DNA of 50,657 bases from Candidatus Eiseniibacteriota bacterium (GTDB taxonomy: Bacteria > Eisenbacteria > RBG-16-71-46): contig JAHFBW010000002.1 of NCBI GenBank assembly GCA_023249845.1, positions 1-50,657 on the forward strand. The letters are read 5' to 3'. The notes beneath the pieces are model-generated. The model was given only the letters and a program-made list of their open reading frames with translations, searched no databases and had not been told where the DNA came from. The position numbers and the translations under genes are program-made. Shown here piece after piece: positions 9,126-17,997 of the stretch. Every line of letters starts with the position of its first letter. Position 1 is the stretch's first letter.

Positions 9126-9773
9126 CTAACGATAGAACGCCTTCACCCTCCCCCAGGTCGTCGTGCTCGCCGGCGTCGCGGCATCGAGGCAGACCTCGAA
9201 GATGATCGAGCGGTCGCGGGAGGCCGTGAACGACCAGGTCTGGCCGTTGTCGTAGCTGTAAAAGAAGTCGTTCGCACCGCTCGCCGCCGCGTCGCACGGC
9301 GGGAAAGCTGCGAGAATGCTGATGATCTGCGGCGGGTCGTTCGCGAAGACGATCGCGTAGCGGGTGCCCGCGCCGAGGACGATGTTCTGCGGCGCGAGGT
9401 TCGCACTGTAGAACACGCCGGGCGTGTACGGCGCGCCAGCCACCGTGGCGCTTCCGAGTACCGTCGTCGTTGGCAGGCCGTTCAGCGTCGTCCGGATCTC
9501 GACGAGTGCGCCGACCGGGCCGTACGACTCGAGCCCCAGACGGAGGGAAGAGAGCACCCCCGTGAACTTCGGCGTGAAGGTCTGCCCCGCATAGAAGCCA
9601 ATGCCGGCGCCGTAGCCGGCGGCGTATTGCCCCGCGCCCCAGTAGGGCGTCACACAGCCGGCGGCGGCGCAATCCGGGGCGGTCGGCGCGGGGTTAGCGG
9701 CGCGCGCGGCGAGCGGGAGGACGCAGAGGACCGCGAGGAAGAGCCAAGACGAGCGGAGACGTCGGCGACTCAT
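9126..9773 (-). CDS. Secreted protein with C-terminal TWGRVKAFYR tail
   Basis: Signal peptide (ARA cleavage site), a beta-sandwich-like GQTFTP motif, and the same tail as the 6216 gene. Confidence 0.8.
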   Translation of the reverse strand: MSRRRLRSSWLFLAVLCVLPLAARAANPAPTAPDCAAAGCVTPYWGAGQYAAGYGAGIGFYAGQTFTPKFTGVLSSLRLGLESYGPVGALVEIRTTLNGLPTTTVLGSATVAGAPYTPGVFYSANLAPQNIVLGAGTRYAIVFANDPPQIISILAAFPPCDAAASGANDFFYSYDNGQTWSFTASRDRSIIFEVCLDAATPASTTTWGRVKAFYR

Positions 9774-9861
9774 GCGGGGGCTCCCGGGCTCGAAGGTGGG
9801 CAGTGGATGCGCCTCGACGTCGCGGAGCATAGCCGCTCCGCGCGCCCCGGGCACGGGATCT

Positions 9862-10251
9862 CTACCCGCCGTTCCCCTCCTCCACGTCCTCATCGCGAAC
9901 CCGGCCTCCTCGCTCGAGCGCGGCCAGGTACTCGGCGATCAACTCACGTGCCTCGTCGGCGTCCTCGGGTCGCACGAGCAGTTCTCCCCAGGCGCTGGTG
10001 CCCCAGTCGCGGCGCACGTCGCCGTAGCCCGGGAGCGTGGCGCTCCTCAGATGCACGCGTACGCCATGGTGCTCGAGCACGCCGGCGAGCAGCGCTCCCG
10101 CCGCGGCATCGGGCACGCGGTGGACGATCACGGGCGATCCCGGCGGCGGCGGACGTGAATCCACGAGCAACGCCCGGCAGTTCGGGCACGCCACCGTGCC
10201 GGCCTCGTAGTGCTCGCCACATTCGGGGCACCAGCCCCCGGGGGTCTCCAT
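9862..10251 (-). CDS. Zinc-ribbon plus DUF2007-like (putative signal-transducing) protein
   Basis: WCPECG..CPNC..LV zinc ribbon, then GVLEHHGV..ELLVRPEDADEARELI. Confidence 0.8.
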   Translation of the reverse strand: METPGGWCPECGEHYEAGTVACPNCRALLVDSRPPPPGSPVIVHRVPDAAAGALLAGVLEHHGVRVHLRSATLPGYGDVRRDWGTSAWGELLVRPEDADEARELIAEYLAALERGGRVRDEDVEEGNGG

Positions 10252-10252
10252 G

Positions 10253-10530
10253 CTAGGCTCCGTTTGAGAACGCCACGCGAGCGCGTTGGGGGCGCCGGCG
10301 GGCCATTCGCAAGGAGCACCGACGAGGCAGTGTTCCAGCACACGCCGAGGAGGTGCGACGCCGCGAATGCCCCGCCGCCGCCCCCAACCCGAAGGGCCGG
10401 GCAGGAAGGCGCCACCGGGCTGCGTCACTCGTCGTCGACAGCCGAGACAAGGCTTGTCTCCTCCTCGTTCCTTGCGCGGTGGTGCTTTCCGGCCCGGCGC
10501 GCTCGTGCGGCGTTCTCAAACGGAGCCTAG
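10253..10530. mobile_element. MITE-like element with long terminal inverted repeats, bounded by CTAG
   Basis: CTAGGCTCCGTTTGAGAACGCC at the left and its exact reverse complement at the right (22 bp perfect, 33 bp with 2 mismatches). No credible coding content. Confidence 0.8.
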
Positions 10531-11732
10531 GCCCGTGCGCCGGCGCCGGCGTGCTGCGCGATGCGCTTTGCCGCCTCGGCCACGTCCTCGGCGCGCGTGG
10601 CGAGCGAGAGCCGCACCCAGTCGCCGTACTCGGGTCCGAACGCCGTGCCCGGCAGTGCCGCCACGCCGAAGCCCAGCCATTCGTCGATCATGTCCCACAG
10701 GTCGCGACCGTTGCGCGCTGCCGCGACGTTGGCGAACGCGTAGAACGCCCCCTTGGGCACCGGCGCGCGCACCGCGCTGCCGCCCGCGAGCCCGTCGAGC
10801 AACAGCCGGCGGCGCTCGTCGTAGGCCGCGCGCATGTGGTGGACGGCCTCCTGTGAGCCGGTCACGGCCTCACGCGCTGCGATCTGCGAGGCGGGGAACA
10901 CGCCGTGCGTGGTGTAGAACGCGAGCAACGGCCCGAACACGCTGCGCACCGCAGGCGGCGACACGACGTAGCCCACGCGCCAGCCGGTCATCGCGTAAGT
11001 CTTCGAGAATGTGAACACCGAGATCGTGCGCTCGGCCATGCCCGGGAGCGAGCCGAGCGAGACATGCTTCGCGCCGTCGTACGTGAGGTGCTCGTATGCC
11101 TCGTCCGAGATGACATAGAGGTCTCGCTCGATCGCCACCTCGGCGAGTGCCGCGAGATGCTCGCGGGAGAGCACCGCGCCGGTGGGGTTGTTCGGCGTGT
11201 TCAAGTAGATGCCGCGCGTCGCGGGGGTCAGCGCGGCGCGCAGGTGGGTCGCGAACTCGGCGGGCGTCCACACACCCGAGAGGAGCTCTAGGTACACGGG
11301 CAGCGTGCGGTAGCGCGCGCCTGACGCGAAGCCCACGAGCTTCGGGATGGCCATCCAGTGCGGAGACAGCACGAGCAGTTCGTCCTCGGCCGAGAGCAGG
11401 CACTGCATGGCGAGGTAGAGCCCGTGCGTGCCGCCCGCGGTGACGACGATGTCGTCCACGTGGGTGCTGAGACCGTTCTCCCGCGCGAGCTTCTGTACGA
11501 GGACTTCGCGAAGCGAGATCTCTCCGCGCTGGTCGGGGTAGTGCGTGTAGCCGTCGCGCGCCGCCTTCGCCAGCGCTTCCACGATGTGCGGCGGCGTGTC
11601 GAAGTCGGGCTCGCCGCGCTCCAGGTGCAGCACGCGCTCGCCGGCGAGTTCACGCGCGCGCGCCGCGGCCATGACGCGGCCCAATTCGGATGTCATGCGG
11701 AGCACAGGTCGATCGGCGATGAGACGAGGCAT
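10527..11732 (-). CDS. PLP-dependent class I/II aminotransferase (aspartate aminotransferase-like)
   Basis: Motifs GEPDFDTP, NTPNNPTG, SDEAYE and FSKTYAMTGWRVGY, with an AGGAG RBS. Confidence 0.9.
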   Translation of the reverse strand: MPRLIADRPVLRMTSELGRVMAAARARELAGERVLHLERGEPDFDTPPHIVEALAKAARDGYTHYPDQRGEISLREVLVQKLARENGLSTHVDDIVVTAGGTHGLYLAMQCLLSAEDELLVLSPHWMAIPKLVGFASGARYRTLPVYLELLSGVWTPAEFATHLRAALTPATRGIYLNTPNNPTGAVLSREHLAALAEVAIERDLYVISDEAYEHLTYDGAKHVSLGSLPGMAERTISVFTFSKTYAMTGWRVGYVVSPPAVRSVFGPLLAFYTTHGVFPASQIAAREAVTGSQEAVHHMRAAYDERRRLLLDGLAGGSAVRAPVPKGAFYAFANVAAARNGRDLWDMIDEWLGFGVAALPGTAFGPEYGDWVRLSLATRAEDVAEAAKRIAQHAGAGARA

Positions 11733-11856
11733 CACACGCTCCTGACGAGTGGAATGGAAATCGTGGGAGGCTGGCTTCGTCCACTGTAGGAGTTTTCCCA
11801 GCTGGCCGCACCGACCGGGCGACATGCGCGCACGGGGCGAATCGCACCCTCGAGCC

Positions 11857-11872
11857 GGGCACGAGCATTGCC
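11857..11872 (+). promoter_or_regulatory. Putative sigma54 promoter of the GAF-domain gene
   Basis: GGGCACGAGCATTGCC is a near-consensus GGCACG-N4-TTGC, ~50 nt upstream of the ATG. Confidence 0.6.
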
Positions 11873-11923
11873 TTGCCGGGGCGGACGATCCGTCGCGCGC
11901 ACCAGCAACGGGGGGAACGCATC

Positions 11924-13414
11924 ATGCCGAAGATCCATCTCAGGGACGTCTGCGATCAGCTCTCCGCGGCTGGCGATGTCGAAGGGGTCATCGACGCACT
12001 GCTGTCGTATCTCCGCGCTTATCAAGGGGATTGGCACCCGAGCCTGGCCCAGGTGGATACCCAGCGCGAGGTCGTGACGCGCGTCTGGCAGCGCGAACGC
12101 GGCCGATTGGACCGCCGTGACGTGGTGCTGCCGGTGGACCAGCTGCCCGCCCGCCTCGTGCGAAAGTTCTTCCGGCCGAGTGCATTCTTCAACGCCGCCG
12201 AGCGTCGTTCGCTCCTCTCCCGTGTCTTCCGGACCACACCTGTGTACGAGCCGGACCGGTTCGAGGCCACGCAGGTGCGTCCGCTCGTGGCTCCGGTGGC
12301 CTGGCACTCCTGCATCATCGTGCCGCTGGCCGATCAGGACGACCTGCTCGGCCTGCTCGTGCTGGTCTCGCCTCGCCGGAACGCGTTCCCGGGCCTGGCC
12401 GTGGAGACCGTGCTCGCCATGCGCACCATGGCCGCCGTGGCCATTGCAAGGCGCCTGCACTCGGAGGGTCGGATGACCCCCGAGACGCGCGTGGCCGAGG
12501 ATCAGTCACGCCGCGTGCAGGGCGCGTTCCAGGAGCGCGTGCGTCAGCTCGAGGCCGAGGCCACGACGCTGGCGCAGGACAACCGCTTGAAGTCGGAGCG
12601 CATCGAGATCCTGTCTCGCGAGCTGGACCGGCTCCAGCACACCGCACATGGTGAGCGCGCCGAGCTGGAGGTGCTCAGGCAGCAGCTTCATGCCCTGGAG
12701 GAACAGGGCGAGGCGGCCGGCCAGCATCTGCACGACGCATTCTCGCAGCTCGCCATCGTGCAGCAGCGCCTGAACGAGCAGCACGAGACCATGGAGTTCC
12801 TGCGCGAGGTGTTCGAGGTGTCCAGGGAGGAGCACGACCCCTCGCTCCTGTCACGCGCGCTGGTGCAGCGCTTCTGCGACGCGTTCGACGTGGATCGCTG
12901 CAGCCTCATGCGCGTGGACGACCAGGTGCTGCAGATCGCCGCGCATCGCGGCATGGACCCCACCGTGGCCGGAAGCGTCCGCCTGCCGCTCGGGCAGGGC
13001 GTGGCCGGCTGGGTGGCGCATCACCGGAAGCCCGTGCTCGTGCGCAAGGGCGGTGACGCCACGCCCGTGCGCCCGACCGGGGTGGATCACTACAACTCCG
13101 ACTCGTTCGTGTCGGTGCCGCTCGTGCATCGCAACCGGCTGCTTGGTGTGTTGAACCTGAGCAACAAACGGGACGGCAAGGCATTCGACGAGACGGACCT
13201 CGATCGCGCCATGATGGCGAGCGCCGTGATGTCGCTGGCCATGGGCGTGCGCGATGGCGCGCAGGACCCGGCCCCGGTGACCATGGCGCAGGCGGTGTAC
13301 ACGGACCCGCCGGTCACGCTCAGCGAACCCGTGGAGCTGGAGTCGCCGTCGGAAGCGGCGCGGCCGGTCTCCACCGAGCAACGCGAACTGAATCCCTTCG
13401 AACTGCGCGGCTAG
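11924..13414 (+). CDS. GAF / coiled-coil / GAF protein with no recognisable output domain
   Basis: The C-terminal GAF is clear (RCSLM..GQGVAGWVA..SFVSVPL..LGVLNLSNK..F). A degenerate N-terminal GAF (CIIVPL..LLGLLVL) and a central heptad-rich helix are also present. Confidence 0.8.
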   Translation: MPKIHLRDVCDQLSAAGDVEGVIDALLSYLRAYQGDWHPSLAQVDTQREVVTRVWQRERGRLDRRDVVLPVDQLPARLVRKFFRPSAFFNAAERRSLLSRVFRTTPVYEPDRFEATQVRPLVAPVAWHSCIIVPLADQDDLLGLLVLVSPRRNAFPGLAVETVLAMRTMAAVAIARRLHSEGRMTPETRVAEDQSRRVQGAFQERVRQLEAEATTLAQDNRLKSERIEILSRELDRLQHTAHGERAELEVLRQQLHALEEQGEAAGQHLHDAFSQLAIVQQRLNEQHETMEFLREVFEVSREEHDPSLLSRALVQRFCDAFDVDRCSLMRVDDQVLQIAAHRGMDPTVAGSVRLPLGQGVAGWVAHHRKPVLVRKGGDATPVRPTGVDHYNSDSFVSVPLVHRNRLLGVLNLSNKRDGKAFDETDLDRAMMASAVMSLAMGVRDGAQDPAPVTMAQAVYTDPPVTLSEPVELESPSEAARPVSTEQRELNPFELRG

Positions 13415-13594
13415 CCGGGATCATTCATGAACCGTGAATCGAGAGGGACGGATGTCCGTGAAGCGCAAGGCGAAGGCTTGGCCCGCGACGGAGTCGTGTC
13501 GGTGACACGTCGCAGGAGCGGTCCAAGCCTTCAACGCGACGATTCATGCGCAGCCGGCCCGCGCAGGCCAAGGGCTCTTGAATGATCCCGGCTA
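13412..13594 (+). mobile_element. ~183-bp palindromic MITE-like repeat, family A copy 1
   Basis: Terminal inverted repeats TAGCCGGGATCATTCA/TGAATGATCCCGGCTA. Near-identical to the copies at 24961 and 35180. Confidence 0.85.
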
Positions 13595-14125
13595 AGGACT
13601 CGCTCGCCCTTGGCTCGCGTCACCGTCCAGGCGCTCACGCAGTTCGGTGAGCGCCTGACGGTGTGAAGCGAACGCGATGTCCTCTGGCAGTTGGTCGAGC
13701 GGGAACCAGGCCAGTTCGATGGCGTCGTCTCCCGCCCGCGGCTCGCCACCCGTCGTGATGCCGCTGTAGAGGATGAGCACCGCGCGCACGCGCGGATCGT
13801 CGAAGCCGGCGTAGACACCGAACAGCCCGGTGATCTGCGCGATGACGCCGGTCTCCTCCTGGAGCTCGCGCACGGCGCTCTGTTCGGGGTGCTCGCCCGC
13901 CTCCATGAAGCCCGCCGGCAGGCACCACGCGCCCGCGCGCGGATCCCAGCGGCGGCGCACGAGCAGCACGCGTCCGGTCTCGACGAGGATGACGCCAGCC
14001 GCGGGCACGGGATTCCGGTACCAGACGTAGCCGCACGTGGGGCATGTGGGCCGGATCATCCCGTGATCGTCGGCCGACGCCATCGGCGTGGCGCAGCGCG
14101 GGCAGTACGTCGGCGTGAACGGCAT
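13592..14125 (-). CDS. NUDIX hydrolase with N-terminal zinc ribbon
   Basis: YCPRCA..CPTCG..YRNP zinc ribbon and the Nudix box GFMEAGEHPEQSAVRELQEETG. Confidence 0.9.
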   Translation of the reverse strand: MPFTPTYCPRCATPMASADDHGMIRPTCPTCGYVWYRNPVPAAGVILVETGRVLLVRRRWDPRAGAWCLPAGFMEAGEHPEQSAVRELQEETGVIAQITGLFGVYAGFDDPRVRAVLILYSGITTGGEPRAGDDAIELAWFPLDQLPEDIAFASHRQALTELRERLDGDASQGRASP

Positions 14126-14254
14126 GGGGCGGGGAGTGTAGTGGAGCCTCGCCGCCGCGGCACGCGCGGGACGTATCGGCCGCGGTCATCGCGGCGTCCC
14201 GTCGCAAGCTCATCACGCCTACGGTACGCTCCGACTCCCGTGGAGGGCGCGTCC

Positions 14255-14635
14255 GTGCCCGTGAACGAGACGTTCGGATGGATATGGATGCTGGCGGGAG
14301 TCGTCACCGGGCTCCTCATGGGATTGCGCTTCCACGAGGAGTCCTGGCTCGGGGGATACACGTCTCATCCCCGCCGGCTCCTGCGCCTCGGCCACATCTC
14401 GTTCATGGGCCTCGGCATCCTGAACCTGCTGTTCGCGATGAGTGCCGCGCGCTCGGGCCTTGGGCCCGGCGGGCTTGGGATCGCGTCCTGGGCCATGGTC
14501 ATCGGCGGCATCACCATGCCGGCGTGCTGCGCGCTCGTGGCCTGGCGCAAGTCGCTGCACTTCGTGTTCGCCGTGCCGGTCGCGAGCCTGTTCGTGGGTG
14601 TCGGGCTCGTCGCATGGGGCATGGTGACTCGATGA
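14255..14635 (+). CDS. Small 4-TM membrane protein
   Basis: GGAGGG RBS before the GTG, hydrophobic helices and an RRLLRLGH motif. Its stop overlaps the next ATG (ATGA). Confidence 0.7.
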   Translation: MPVNETFGWIWMLAGVVTGLLMGLRFHEESWLGGYTSHPRRLLRLGHISFMGLGILNLLFAMSAARSGLGPGGLGIASWAMVIGGITMPACCALVAWRKSLHFVFAVPVASLFVGVGLVAWGMVTR

Positions 14636-15978
14636 AGATCGGCCTCATCGCGCTCTCCGGCGTGCGCGCCGCGAATCCAAAGCTCACCGAGGTCGGCCTC
14701 ACATTGCCGGGCTTCGTCGAGCGGAGCCGCGTCATCGCGTCGCTCCCGAGTCTGTCGCTGCTCACGCTCGCCGCGCTCACCCCGCTCGACGTGGAGCTCG
14801 AGTACCACGAGGTGCGTGACTTGGGCGAAGATCCGCCCGCCGACGGCTTCGACCTTGTCGCGCTGGCCTCGTACTCGGCGCAGATCCTCGAGGCGTACAG
14901 GATCGCGGATCGGTTCCGCGCACGCGGTGTTCCCGTGGTGATGGGCGGCCTGCACGTGAGCATGCTTCCCGGGGAGGCGCTCGCCCACGCGGATGCGGTG
15001 GTGGTCGGCGAGGGCGAGCGGTCATGGCCGCGCGTTGTCGAGAACTTTCGCCGCGGCGCACTGCGTCGTGAGTACCGGCCGGATCCCGGGGACTGGTACG
15101 ACCTGGCGGAGTCGCCGGTCCCGCGCTACGACCTGCTCGACCTGGCGCGCTACAACCGCCTCACGGTGCAGACCAGCCGCGGCTGCCCGCACCGCTGCGA
15201 CTTCTGCGCCAGCTCCATCCTGATCACGCCCAAGTACCGGGTGAAGCCCGTCGAGCGCGTGCTGGACGAGATCCACGCCATCCGCGACCGCTGGCCGCAC
15301 CCGTTCATCGAGTTCGCCGACGACAACAGCTTCATCGTGCGCACGCATGCCAAGGAACTGCTGCGTTCGCTGCGCGCGGAGCACGTCAAGTGGTTCACCG
15401 AGACGGATGTCTCGATCGCCGACGATCCCGAGCTGCTCGATCTCATGTGCGAGAGCGGCTGCCGGCAGGTGCTGATCGGGCTCGAGAGCCCGGAGCCGCT
15501 CGGGCTGGAGGGCATCGAGACACGGCGCAATTGGAAACGCGAGCAGCTCGAACACTACGAGCCGGCCATCCGCACCATCCAGTCGCACGGCATCACCGTG
15601 AACGGCTGCTTCGTGCTCGGGCTGGATGGGCACACGTCCGCGATCTTCGACTCGGTTTACGAGTTCGTGGAGCGCACCGGGCTCTACGAGGTCCAGATCA
15701 CGGTGATGACACCATTCCCGGGGACACCGCTCCACGCCCGGCTCCGGCGCGAGGGCCGGCTGCTCGAGGACGGAGCGTGGGACCGGTGCACGTTGTTCGA
15801 CGTGAACTTCGTTCCCACAGGCATGACGCCTGATGAACTTCAATGGGGCCTCGTCGAGCTCGGGCGGCGCCTGTACCGCACCGAGCTCATCGAAGCCCGC
15901 CGCGTGCGGTTCATTCGCGAGTTGCGCGCCAGGCGGCGATCGTCGTCCGGCGCCGGAGACCTGGAGGCCACGACATGA
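14632..15978 (+). CDS. B12-binding radical SAM protein
   Basis: N-terminal cobalamin-binding fold (DLVALAS, VVMGGLH, VVGEGE), SRGCPHRCDFC CxxxCxxC motif, and FADDN, IGLES and TPFPGTPL motifs. Confidence 0.9.
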   Translation: MKIGLIALSGVRAANPKLTEVGLTLPGFVERSRVIASLPSLSLLTLAALTPLDVELEYHEVRDLGEDPPADGFDLVALASYSAQILEAYRIADRFRARGVPVVMGGLHVSMLPGEALAHADAVVVGEGERSWPRVVENFRRGALRREYRPDPGDWYDLAESPVPRYDLLDLARYNRLTVQTSRGCPHRCDFCASSILITPKYRVKPVERVLDEIHAIRDRWPHPFIEFADDNSFIVRTHAKELLRSLRAEHVKWFTETDVSIADDPELLDLMCESGCRQVLIGLESPEPLGLEGIETRRNWKREQLEHYEPAIRTIQSHGITVNGCFVLGLDGHTSAIFDSVYEFVERTGLYEVQITVMTPFPGTPLHARLRREGRLLEDGAWDRCTLFDVNFVPTGMTPDELQWGLVELGRRLYRTELIEARRVRFIRELRARRRSSSGAGDLEATT

Positions 15979-16370
15979 TCCCCGCCTGGATTCGCCCGCT
16001 GTTCGTGTTGGCCGCCCTGTACGACATCGTGCTCGGGGTCGTGCTCGGGCTCGCTTTCAAGCCGATCATGAATCGCTTCGGCATTGTTCTTCCCAACCAC
16101 GATGCCTACGTGCAGCTTCCCGCTGCATTCGTCGTCGTGTTCGGGATCGGCTTCGGCCTCGTCGCCGCCGCGCCGAAGGCGCGGAGAGATCTCATCCTGC
16201 TCGGGATCCTCATGAAGCTCGCCTACTCCGGCGTCGTGCTCGCGCACGCTGCGGCCGGGAACATGCCAGTCCTGTGGGTCTGGTTCGCGTACGCGGACCT
16301 GGCCTTCCTGGTGGCGTTCGTGGCCGCGTGGCGCGCGCTCGGGCCCGGCGAGGCGCCGCGGCCAGCCTGA
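15975..16370 (+). CDS. Small 4-TM membrane protein
   Basis: GGAGG RBS, ATGA overlap with the radical SAM gene, and four hydrophobic segments. Confidence 0.75.
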   Translation: MIPAWIRPLFVLAALYDIVLGVVLGLAFKPIMNRFGIVLPNHDAYVQLPAAFVVVFGIGFGLVAAAPKARRDLILLGILMKLAYSGVVLAHAAAGNMPVLWVWFAYADLAFLVAFVAAWRALGPGEAPRPA

Positions 16371-16608
16371 GCTCGGTCACACCGAGCGACCGAAACGCGA
16401 ACCGCCGGTCCGACAGCATCGATCGGACCGGCGGTGCATCACCGATTCGTGGGGGCGCCGCGCTGCACCATCCGAACCCTTTCGCCCCATGCTGGCACCT
16501 GACGGTGCGGTCGGATGGAACGACGCCCCCCCGAGACGGCGGCCGGGGCGGATACCGGGGCGCGAACACCGCGCCGAGGGGACGCCGCTCGGAACGCTGC
16601 CTCTTCCG

Positions 16609-17793
16609 CTACTTCTTCTCCCCCAGCTCACGGCGCAGCTCCTGGAGCTCGCGCCGGAGTTGGCGAAGTTCCTCGCGGAGGTCTTCGTCGCTCCCCGCTT
16701 CGTCCTTCGCCTTCCATCGATACACCTGGGGGAGCTTGCCGGGTTCCGGAATTCGAATGTTGAAGCGCTTCCCGTTCGGGCTGTAGAACATGCCGTCTGA
16801 GCCCCAGGCCTTCTCCAGCTCGGCCTTGATGGTGCGGCGCACGCCCTTGCGCAGCAGCACGATGTCCACGCTGCCGTCGTGCCCGCGGAGCGCCTTCACG
16901 AGAGCGGCGGGGTCGGACACGCTTTCGCCGTCGACGCGCACGATCACGTCACCCGCGCGCACCCCGGCCTTCTGGGCCGGCGTGTTCTCGAGCACCTGCA
17001 CCACGAGCACGCCCTCGTCGCCTTCGACCCCGAGCACCTGCGCCAGGTCGTCGGTGAGCCTCTCGACGCGCACGCCGAGCCGGCCGCGACCCATCGGCGT
17101 GAACGCCCAGCCGCTCCCGTCGTCGCTGCTCCAGCCGCGCATGCCTGGAATGTCCTTGAGCTTCTTGAGACCTTCGAACTCCTTCAGGTCTTTCGGGCTC
17201 ATGAAGTGCTCGCCGTCCAACTCCTTCAAGTAGTCGTCCATCTCCTCGTCGGTGAGCTCGCGGCCGTTGACGATCATGCGGCGATGCACCGTGCCATCGT
17301 CGTCGCGCTCGCTGTCGCGGGGCGCGCGCGGCGCACGCGGGGCTCGCGGCGCGGCGGGCGGTTCAGGCGTGTCGGGCACGGGCGCCATCCGCGGCACCCG
17401 GGTGTCGAACGAGTCGTCGCCACTGTCGTTCGTGTCGCCGACCTTCACCTCGAGAGTGCGCCGGCCGCCATCACGCCACACGCTCAACGACACGGTGCGG
17501 CCGGGCGCGGTGTCGCGCACCAGCCGGCGGAGTTCCTCGGGCTCGGTCACCGAACGCGAGTTGTAGCTCAGGATGACGTCGCCATTCTCGAGCCCGGCGC
17601 GATCGGCGGGGCTGTCGGGCGACACGCTGGTGACGAGCAGCCCATCGCGCGTCAGGTCGAGTTCGCGTCGCTGGTCGGCGTCGATGGACTGCGTGGTCAC
17701 GCCCAACCAGCCCTGGCCGGCGGCAAGCGCGGAAGTGGCGGCCGCCGCGACCAGCGTCATGGCGAGCGCCAGAACGGGCATCTTGAATCGCAT
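16609..17793 (-). CDS. Secreted tandem-PDZ protein without a protease domain
   Basis: Signal peptide, two HtrA-type PDZ domains (GWLGV..SPADRAGL..GDVI and GRLGV..TPAQKAGV..GDVI), a PRA-repeat linker and a C-terminal coiled coil. RBS GAGGAGG. Confidence 0.85.
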   Translation of the reverse strand: MRFKMPVLALAMTLVAAAATSALAAGQGWLGVTTQSIDADQRRELDLTRDGLLVTSVSPDSPADRAGLENGDVILSYNSRSVTEPEELRRLVRDTAPGRTVSLSVWRDGGRRTLEVKVGDTNDSGDDSFDTRVPRMAPVPDTPEPPAAPRAPRAPRAPRDSERDDDGTVHRRMIVNGRELTDEEMDDYLKELDGEHFMSPKDLKEFEGLKKLKDIPGMRGWSSDDGSGWAFTPMGRGRLGVRVERLTDDLAQVLGVEGDEGVLVVQVLENTPAQKAGVRAGDVIVRVDGESVSDPAALVKALRGHDGSVDIVLLRKGVRRTIKAELEKAWGSDGMFYSPNGKRFNIRIPEPGKLPQVYRWKAKDEAGSDEDLREELRQLRRELQELRRELGEKK

Positions 17794-17997
17794 GGGATTC
17801 CTCCTCGGTGAGTTCCCGGCTCGTGGGGGCCGCCGGGCGGCTTGCGACTCACGAAAGGCTCGGGCTAGCGTGGAACTTCTCGTACGGGGATCATTCATGC
17901 ATCGCGGGAATAGACAGGCGGATGGGCGGAATGGTTCCGCCCGCGCCGCCAGATTCCTCCGAACGCGGGCCAGAACGCGCGGCTTCCGGGAGCACCC

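Noticed and set aside
16451..16531. Imperfect hairpin between convergent genes (CCATCCGA/TCGGATGG core)
   Set aside because: It is a single copy with no family or function supportable from this window.
17886..17899. GGGATCATTCATG match to the family A terminal repeat
   Set aside because: It is only ~13 bp with no partner arm or internal sequence, so it could be chance or an unrecognisable relic.
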